Origin: a virus
Taxonomy: Duplodnaviria; Caudoviricetes
IMG/VR virus record: IMGVR_UViG_3300028393_004061
Location: 14,189 to 78,188 of that record
Length of the DNA: 64,000 bases
Direction: 5' to 3' (one strand)
This document shows positions 57,880-64,000 of the stretch, piece after piece; positions within the stretch are counted from its first letter, which is position 1; each line of letters opens with the position of its first letter. The position numbers and the translations under genes were made by a program. The notes below the pieces were generated by a model. The model worked only from the letters and a program-made list of their open reading frames with translations, was not told the origin of the DNA and ran no database searches.

Positions 57880-58029
57880 CTTTCCCAGTCAAATCAATCG
57901 AAGTATTCAAAGATGGTCAATGGACTACTGTTTAAAAAATGAAATTAAAATATTCCTATTTACAAATTCAATAATTGAAATTATCATGTGAAAATTGAAA
58001 TTATTATTTGAAAAAATAAAAGGAATATC

Positions 58030-59007
58030 ATGTCAATACTACATGGATGTTGTATCGAAATACTCAAAACATTAGAAGAAAAGTCTATCCACTCTTGCGT
58101 AACTAGCCCACCTTACTTCGGTCTCAGAGATTATGGAGTAAAAGGACAGATTGGACTCGAAACAAATCCAGAAGAATATGTAAGCAAAATCTTAGAAGTA
58201 TTCTCCGAAGTCAAAAGAGTTCTTCGTGATGATGGTACGGTCTGGTTGAACTTGGGGGATAGTTATGCACATAATGTTAAAGAACATAACACAAAAAGTA
58301 ACAAGCAATCATCAAATCGTGGAACAAAAGAATTTTTGACTCCACATCGTAATTTTGAAGGCTTAGGAATAAAAACAAAAGACCTAATTGGAATTCCTTG
58401 GATGGTTGCCTTTGCACTTCGTTCAGATGGATGGTATCTGCGTCAAGATATCATATGGCAAAAACTTAATCCAATGCCAGAAAGCGTGACAGATCGTTGC
58501 ACCAAATCGCACGAATATATTTTCCTTATCTCCAAATCTCCTAAATACTACTTCGATCACGAAGCCATCAGAGAAAAAGGCGTTATGTCAAAAGGTGATT
58601 CTGCTGGAAGTAAACAAAAAGATACCAGAATAACACATGGACTAGGTGGCGGTAACTCAGGATTAAATGCAGCTAAACAAAAACTTGCTGCCGAACTAGA
58701 AGAAAAGGGATATAACACTCGCAACAAAAGATCTGTATGGATTGTTAACACCAAACCTTTTAAAGAAGCTCATTTTGCTACATTCCCTATAGATCTCATA
58801 GAACCTTGTATTCTTGCAGGTTGTCCAGAAAATGGTACTGTACTCGATCCATTCTTCGGTGCTGGTACTACTGGCATCGTTTGTATTAAAAATAAAAGGA
58901 ATTATCTTGGCATTGAACTAAATCCAGAATATGTTAAAATCGCCCAAGATAGAATAAACAAATATAATGAAAATCTAAATGGAGTTAAAAATGTCATCCG
59001 ATTTTGA
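58030..59007 (+). CDS. DNA amino-methyltransferase (beta class, N4-C/N6-A)
   Basis: TSPPY before VLDPFFGAGTT...GIELN. Confidence 0.93.
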   Translation: MSILHGCCIEILKTLEEKSIHSCVTSPPYFGLRDYGVKGQIGLETNPEEYVSKILEVFSEVKRVLRDDGTVWLNLGDSYAHNVKEHNTKSNKQSSNRGTKEFLTPHRNFEGLGIKTKDLIGIPWMVAFALRSDGWYLRQDIIWQKLNPMPESVTDRCTKSHEYIFLISKSPKYYFDHEAIREKGVMSKGDSAGSKQKDTRITHGLGGGNSGLNAAKQKLAAELEEKGYNTRNKRSVWIVNTKPFKEAHFATFPIDLIEPCILAGCPENGTVLDPFFGAGTTGIVCIKNKRNYLGIELNPEYVKIAQDRINKYNENLNGVKNVIRF

Positions 59008-59644
59008 ACCGCTTGATGCCCAAAAAATAGAAGAATTGAAAAGTTTACTCGAAAAATATGATTGTAAAGATGAACTTGAAGATATAGAAGACTTGGAAGA
59101 ATGGGAACAAATAGAACAATTGAAAGAACTACTTGAAGAATATGCATGTCAAAAAGAAGATGAACTGATAGAAAAATTAAAAAAATTGCTTGAAGAATAT
59201 GATTGTAAAGATGAAATTGAAGATATAGAAGAGTTGGAAAAATGGGAACAAATAGAAGAATTGAAAGAAATGCTGAGAGAATGTGTAATTATAAAAAATA
59301 TGGACATAAAAATAAAAAAATTAAGATGTTTAGTCACAGAATATAAACATCACCACTCACTTCCTACTTTACCAAAAAACCCTCATGGCTCCTTGTTCGG
59401 TATAGGGTTTATTTATGATGAAGATATGGATGAAAGAGTTTTAATGGCAATAGAACTATTGAAAGACAATAAAAAAATCGTGGCAGTTTATGAGCATAAA
59501 GGTATTATAACAATTTACAGTAAAGATCCTTGCGAAACAAAAAAAATAGAAGTGTGTGGTGATATTTGGCCTGTTTATAATTTTATACATGATAATGGAG
59601 AATGGATTAAAGTAGAAAGAAATTATGGTAAATCAAATCTATAA
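58991..59644 (+). CDS. Acidic repeat-containing hypothetical protein
   Basis: GGAG SD before ATG 58991; a 47-aa (141-bp) unit is repeated in the N-terminal half. Confidence 0.75.
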   Translation: MSSDFEPLDAQKIEELKSLLEKYDCKDELEDIEDLEEWEQIEQLKELLEEYACQKEDELIEKLKKLLEEYDCKDEIEDIEELEKWEQIEELKEMLRECVIIKNMDIKIKKLRCLVTEYKHHHSLPTLPKNPHGSLFGIGFIYDEDMDERVLMAIELLKDNKKIVAVYEHKGIITIYSKDPCETKKIEVCGDIWPVYNFIHDNGEWIKVERNYGKSNL

Positions 59645-60386
59645 CGAAGATTGCCTCGTTACTATGACTAGAATGCCAGATCAATTCGTTGATTTAACAG
59701 TCACTTCGCCACCATATGATGAAATGCGTAACTATAAAGGATATAAATTTGAATTTTGTAAAACAGCCAAAGAATTATATCGCATTACAAAAAAAGGTGG
59801 AGTATTAGTCTGGATAGTCGCAGACTCAACCTCAAATGGCAATGAAAGCGGATCTTCTTTCCAACAAGCACTAATCTTTAAAGAATTAGGATTCAATCTA
59901 CATGATACTATGATCTGGCATAAACCAAATTGCTTTAACTTCGGATCTAATCTAGCATATAGAAGCTCATTCGAATATATGTTTGTCTTTTCTAAAAATA
60001 AAATCAAAACTGTAAACCTGCTTAAAGATGTAGAAACTAAAACTGAAGGACTTATTGTCAAAGGTGCTAGAAAACACTCCAATGGCAATAGAGATAAAGT
60101 TCCAGATTTCAAAGTAGGCAAATATAAAAAAAGAGATAATGTGTGGAATGTGCCTGTCGCTAAAAAAAACTATGGACACCCTGCCATCTTTCCAGAACAA
60201 ATCGCCAATGACCACATTATTAGCTGGAGCAATGAAGGGGATTTAGTCTATGACCCTTTCGTTGGAAGTGGAACTACTGCTAAAATGGCCAACCTAAACA
60301 AACGGAACTTTATAGGTAGCGAAATCTCAAAGGATTACTGCGATATCGCAGAAAAAAGAATTGGGGATATTGTAAATGATAAATAA
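59625..60386 (+). CDS. DNA amino-methyltransferase (beta class)
   Basis: TSPPY...YDPFVGSGTT...GSEIS. Confidence 0.93.
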   Translation: MVNQIYNEDCLVTMTRMPDQFVDLTVTSPPYDEMRNYKGYKFEFCKTAKELYRITKKGGVLVWIVADSTSNGNESGSSFQQALIFKELGFNLHDTMIWHKPNCFNFGSNLAYRSSFEYMFVFSKNKIKTVNLLKDVETKTEGLIVKGARKHSNGNRDKVPDFKVGKYKKRDNVWNVPVAKKNYGHPAIFPEQIANDHIISWSNEGDLVYDPFVGSGTTAKMANLNKRNFIGSEISKDYCDIAEKRIGDIVNDK

Positions 60387-61200
60387 AATACATAATGAAA
60401 GTTGCCTCCTTACTATGGCTAAAATGCCAGATGATTTTATCGATTTAACTGTAACGAGTCCTCCTTATGATAATCTTAGAACATATGATGGAAACATCGC
60501 ACAATGGGGAGAGCATATTTGGAAAGCAGTAATTCAAGATTTATTTAGAATTACAAAACAAGGCGGTGTTGTAGTTTGGGTAGTAGGAGATGCTACCATC
60601 AAGGGTGATGAGACAGGAACTTCATTTAAGCAAGCTCTTTACTTTAAAGAGATTGGATTTAATTTGCACGATACGATGATATATGAAAAAAACGGACAAG
60701 GTGCTGTTGGTAGTAATTATTGTTATTGGCAGAATTTTGAATATATGTTTGTATTTAGTAAGGGTAAATTAAAAACATTTAATCCAATAATTGATAGAGA
60801 AAATAAAATAAAAGAAGGCATTATGTCTTCTAATAGAAGAAGGGCTGATGGTTCAAAAGATAAAACTATTTGTCTCGCAAAACCATTTGGTAAGAGATTT
60901 AATATTTGGAAAATTACCAATTTAACAAAGACCACAAATCATCCAGCACCATTTCCAGAAAAACTAGCCCATGACCATATCATGTCTTGGAGCAATGAAG
61001 GCGATTTAGTCTATGACCCTTTCATTGGAAGTGGAACTACAGCTAAAATGGCCAACTTAAACAAACGGAACTTTATAGGTAGCGAAATATCAAAAGATTA
61101 CTGCGATATTGCAGAAAAAAGAATTGGGGATGTCATAAGTGATAAATTAAATTCACAAAAGGATTTTGTAAATGAGAGCCAAAACAATATTGATGGGTAA
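60376..61200 (+). CDS. DNA amino-methyltransferase (beta class), paralog of 59625
   Basis: TSPPY...YDPFIGSGTT; ~144 bp at the 3' end (60988-61131) are nearly identical to 60225-60368. Confidence 0.93.
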   Translation: MINKIHNESCLLTMAKMPDDFIDLTVTSPPYDNLRTYDGNIAQWGEHIWKAVIQDLFRITKQGGVVVWVVGDATIKGDETGTSFKQALYFKEIGFNLHDTMIYEKNGQGAVGSNYCYWQNFEYMFVFSKGKLKTFNPIIDRENKIKEGIMSSNRRRADGSKDKTICLAKPFGKRFNIWKITNLTKTTNHPAPFPEKLAHDHIMSWSNEGDLVYDPFIGSGTTAKMANLNKRNFIGSEISKDYCDIAEKRIGDVISDKLNSQKDFVNESQNNIDG

Positions 61201-61822
61201 AGATAATGAAGTCATTCCAATTCTATTAGATATTCATTGCAATACAACAGAACCTAAGATTCTTGATTGCACATATAATAATGGAAAAATGTGGAAGGAT
61301 TCACCATTCAAACCACATCGTATGGATATAAACCCACAACTTGAATTGGATACTGTTGGCGATTTTACTAAGATGCCATTTGGTGATAAAGAATTTGATG
61401 TAATTGTATTCGATCCACCTCACCTTCCAACTAATGCAGCTTCAATAAATAGTTCTAAAATTTGGGAATCAAGTTATGGTATAACAGCAGATGAAGGAGT
61501 GGGTCGAGATGGCGATAATGTAACAGGAATGTTCGAACCATTTTTATTGGAAGCAAAACGAGTTCTTAAAGAAGATGGAATTGTCTTAGCCAAAATTGCT
61601 GACTTAATTCATAATCATCGCTATCAATGGCAACAAGTAGAATTCGTCAATAGTGTGCGAAAACTAAAAATGACAGCATGTGACATGATGATAAAATGTG
61701 ATCCAAATGCTGGTAATCTACAATCGAGTAAATGGCAAAATGTTAGACATTTAAGAAAAGCTCATTGCTATTGGATTGTTGTAAGAAATTCATTAAGGTG
61801 TGAATGTAAGAAAAAATCTTAA
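61172..61822 (+). CDS. SAM-dependent methyltransferase, probably a DNA adenine MTase
   Basis: ILDCTYNNG (motif I-like) then VFDPPH (motif IV-like); alternative start 61193. Confidence 0.75.
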   Translation: MRAKTILMGKDNEVIPILLDIHCNTTEPKILDCTYNNGKMWKDSPFKPHRMDINPQLELDTVGDFTKMPFGDKEFDVIVFDPPHLPTNAASINSSKIWESSYGITADEGVGRDGDNVTGMFEPFLLEAKRVLKEDGIVLAKIADLIHNHRYQWQQVEFVNSVRKLKMTACDMMIKCDPNAGNLQSSKWQNVRHLRKAHCYWIVVRNSLRCECKKKS

Positions 61823-61918
61823 TTTTATAAGATGTAAATTTGAAAACCCTATAACAACTATTGCATTTTTTAAAAATTACTATACTATTGTCATAGCCAT
61901 AAACACAAGGAGATAAAT

Positions 61919-62599
61919 ATGTTCTTAGCAAAGCAATGTTCAGATGTCGAAACAGCAATCAACGAAATTTCAAAACATATTAAAGAAAATTATAATGACT
62001 TGTTTTTAAATGTTATACTTACAAACAAATCCAACAACCAAACATCAAGAAAATTTAAATCTTCTGCTACTGACCCATTTCTCTCTGAATCTCTTGAGAA
62101 AAATATAAAAGAACTTGATCAAATCCAAGGTGTATTGAAATTTAGTCAAAATTATAAAAAATTAGCATGGTTTTCTTTTATGGAAGGTCTTGATGGCAAA
62201 CATCATCATCGCCAAAATACTAACTCTGATTTATCTCATGATTTTGTAGACACTGAGAACTTTGAATATAATGGAGAAGATGATTATGATTACAAAACAG
62301 ATCCTGATTATTACTATGATGTTAATGATCCTCTTTGCAGGAGACCTAAATATTTTGGGAATTCTAAACATGTGGCAGTATCCAAAATTAATTCGAAAGA
62401 AGGTATAACTTTACTTTTAAATCAAAACAAAAACCCAAAAATTGGCGAATATATCATCTTTGCATTCAAATCAGAAGTGTATAATAATACGAAAGAATAT
62501 ATCAACGAGGTCTTCTCTAGGTTTGATAATAAAAATAAATTTTATTCCAATCCCCCACTCTTTCCAGCAATGTTTATCAAACGAACCAGAAATGTTTGA
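61919..62599 (+). CDS. Hypothetical protein
   Basis: AAGGAG SD; TTGCAT-16-TACTAT upstream (61861-61888). Confidence 0.7.
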   Translation: MFLAKQCSDVETAINEISKHIKENYNDLFLNVILTNKSNNQTSRKFKSSATDPFLSESLEKNIKELDQIQGVLKFSQNYKKLAWFSFMEGLDGKHHHRQNTNSDLSHDFVDTENFEYNGEDDYDYKTDPDYYYDVNDPLCRRPKYFGNSKHVAVSKINSKEGITLLLNQNKNPKIGEYIIFAFKSEVYNNTKEYINEVFSRFDNKNKFYSNPPLFPAMFIKRTRNV

Positions 62600-62861
62600 A
62601 AACCCATGCCATGAAACGAAAAATATGTCGGGCGATTTTTTTTGCCGAACTATTTTCAGAAATTGTAAGCCTATTGCGGACAATTTGGAATTTACCTATT
62701 CCTAGTTTTGAAAAAAGTTTAAAGACACACAAAAATAAAGAGTAATAGGGGGGTGGGGGGTATCTATTAAAGATATTTTTTGTAGACTTTTTCCTAATTA
62801 ATTTTTGTATTATTTTCTTTGTAAAAATATATTTATACTATCTTTATCTTTGATTACTCGC

Positions 62862-62893
62862 AAAAAAAGGCCGAGATATTTTTTATCTCGACC
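62862..62893 (-). terminator. Rho-independent terminator
   Basis: GGTCGAGATA/TATCTCGGCC hairpin followed by T7, after gene 62902. Confidence 0.85.
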
Positions 62894-62901
62894 ACAGTTG
62901 A

Positions 62902-63120
62902 TTAGGATCGATAACTACTATCTCCTGTCACTTTGTCTAACAGATCGAAAGCATCCTTGTAATGGACTTCCTTTTTAACTGGTGCTTCAAAGCCAGAGGG
63001 ACCCCACCACGCATCGGTAGACGCAATCTGTTGAAGACACTCCTTCTTCGTCTTCGCTACGATGTTGTAGCAAGCGTTGTCTTCGTTCTGCACCGCAACC
63101 CAATACACTAACTTAGCCAT
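62902..63120 (-). CDS. Small hypothetical early protein
   Basis: AAGGAG SD; has its own promoter and terminator. Confidence 0.8.
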   Translation of the reverse strand: MAKLVYWVAVQNEDNACYNIVAKTKKECLQQIASTDAWWGPSGFEAPVKKEVHYKDAFDLLDKVTGDSSYRS

Positions 63121-63161
63121 AGCCTAGTCTCCTTGAGTAAGCGAACCGAACAACCCACACA

Positions 63162-63193
63162 TATAAGGTAAAAAGGTTTGGCCAAAACTCAAC
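63162..63193 (-). promoter_or_regulatory. Putative early promoter (TTGAGT-16-TACCTT), copy 1 of a 32-bp identical repeat
   Basis: Identical to 63674-63705; upstream of a short gene. Confidence 0.7.
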
Positions 63194-63299
63194 CGGATCT
63201 TTTTCCCTTACATATATTGTTCGTCAGTACTCAAGATTTATTTCAAAGAAAGTGAAAAAATATTTTGACTTTGTGTACTACCGTTTGATGTGGGCATAT

Positions 63300-63329
63300 A
63301 AAAAAAGCTATCGGGATTTTCCGATAGCC
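63300..63329 (-). terminator. Rho-independent terminator
   Basis: GCTATCGG/CCGATAGC stem followed by T7, after gene 63339. Confidence 0.85.
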
Positions 63330-63338
63330 TTAAAGAGA

Positions 63339-63638
63339 TTAGAGACCAGATGGATCGTCATTGACAAACAATGGGGCATCCAACCTTTCGCCATACCGAT
63401 CACGACCCATTGCTCGCATCTCCGAAACATAGTCTGGATCGTAGACCTTACGAGCTTGTTGGCCCTGCACAGCGAAGGTGCGTGTGACCCTAGCGGATGC
63501 GAGCAGTTCGCCCAATACGACCCTGCTGCTGGCCTTTTTGAATCGTGTGACCACGACTTCGTCACCGCTGTTTAGATGCCCTTCAGCACCCGAAAGCTTA
63601 ACGACCCATTCGCCATCCAAGTTAGTCCAAGTTGCCAT
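63339..63638 (-). CDS. Small hypothetical early protein (99 aa)
   Basis: AGGAG SD before ATG 63638 (MATWTNLDG); the track's extension runs through the promoter. Confidence 0.8.
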   Translation of the reverse strand: MATWTNLDGEWVVKLSGAEGHLNSGDEVVVTRFKKASSRVVLGELLASARVTRTFAVQGQQARKVYDPDYVSEMRAMGRDRYGERLDAPLFVNDDPSGL

Positions 63639-63673
63639 GGTCAAATCTCCTTTGGTTTGGTTTCCGTTACAAC

Positions 63674-63705
63674 TATAAGGTAAAAAGGTTTGGCCAAAAC
63701 TCAAC
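63674..63705 (-). promoter_or_regulatory. Putative early promoter, copy 2 of the 32-bp repeat
   Basis: tataaggtaaaaaggtttggccaaaactcaac on the + strand. Confidence 0.7.
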
Positions 63706-63739
63706 AGGCATTAAACGGTAGTACACAAACACGAACACC

Positions 63740-63773
63740 AAAAAAAAGGACTGTCGGTTTTCTCGACAGTCCT
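63740..63773 (-). terminator. Rho-independent terminator
   Basis: AGGACTGTCG/CGACAGTCCT stem followed by a T run. Confidence 0.88.
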
Positions 63774-63786
63774 AATTGATTACCAC

Positions 63787-64000
63787 CTAATCATCATTTG
63801 ATCCGAAGTATTCGTCATTGTCGCAACTCTGGTAGTCTTCATCATCATCGTCATTACCCCTTTCCAGATCCCCTTGTTCTTGAACCAACTCATCCATCTC
63901 TTCAGCCCACAGTTCAAATTTTGGTGACCAAGAATCTGGTGCTTTGTCGTAGTGAGCTTTGATCTTTGCTTCGATGGCGATCTTAGCAGCTTCAATATTA
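63787..64000 (-). CDS. 3' end of an acidic-tailed protein (start outside the window)
   Basis: Frame reads NIEAAKIAIEAKIKAHYDKAPDSWSPKFELWAEEMDE...DDDDEDY...GSNDD* and ends just before the terminator. Confidence 0.7.
   Translation of the reverse strand, partial: NIEAAKIAIEAKIKAHYDKAPDSWSPKFELWAEEMDELVQEQGDLERGNDDDDEDYQSCDNDEYFGSNDD

Larger units (their letters stand above)
56474..57966 (+). repeat. Dispersed direct repeats: 69 bp (56474-56542) and 89 bp (57350-57438, 57878-57966)
   Basis: aactttcccagtcaaatcaatcgaagtattcaaagatggtcaatggactactgtttaaaaaatgaaatt occurs three times; copies 2 and 3 match over 89 bp with one mismatch. Confidence 0.95.

Noticed and set aside
56474-57966. Possible CRISPR array or integron attC array
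   Set aside because: The repeats are 69-89 bp, derive from coding sequence, are non-palindromic and are 528-876 bp apart; there is no cas or integrase gene.
63252-63575. Plus-strand 107-aa ORF and overlapping minus-strand 85-aa ORF
   Set aside because: They run across a terminator and overlap the gene that has the SD, promoter and terminator (63339-63638).
63780-63995. ORF-track 71-aa protein MKLLRSPSKQ...
   Set aside because: An alternative frame of the real acidic-tailed gene ending at 63787, which reads through from outside the window.
1-64000. tRNA, rRNA, group I/II intron or riboswitch
   Set aside because: Intergenic gaps are short and AT-rich, and no cloverleaf or conserved RNA motif was recognised by eye; tRNAscan-SE and Infernal would be needed to exclude them.

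Overview
This is an AT-rich segment of a large contractile-tailed (jumbo, T4-related) bacteriophage genome in the standard genetic code. The host is possibly a planctomycete (inference only). From left to right it contains: (1) a minus-strand tail/baseplate operon (gp7-like partial, gp6, gp25, gp5/VgrG spike, hub, gp53/LysM-like, tube initiator) behind a ~3,537-aa tape-measure protein and a gp2-like DNA end protector; (2) hypothetical genes and a CCA/poly(A)-polymerase-fold protein whose catalytic aspartates are replaced; (3) a ~15.5-kb, strand-switching glycan synthesis and decoration island (about 10 glycosyltransferases, methyltransferases, a sulfotransferase, a sulfatase, a carbamoyltransferase, a radical SAM enzyme and an inositol oxygenase); (4) accessory genes (pyrimidine-dimer glycosylase, AlpA-HTH/RNAP alpha-CTD fusion, a HEAT protein with an in-frame TGA, ClpP, peptidases, a RelA/SpoT-like enzyme, phospholipase A2, three HNH-AP2 endonucleases); (5) a recombining array of ADP-ribosyltransferase-like and GNAT genes; (6) four orphan methyltransferases; and (7) a GC-richer right end of promoter-gene-terminator cassettes. 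The most striking pattern is a family of unrelated enzymes sharing a short N-terminal F-x-x-[WFY]-[LIF]-x(0-3)-E tag that resembles the T4 capsid-targeting sequence. This suggests a swappable arsenal of head-packaged, injected effectors. No tRNA, rRNA or CRISPR array was recognised. All family assignments come from motif recognition by eye, not database searches.
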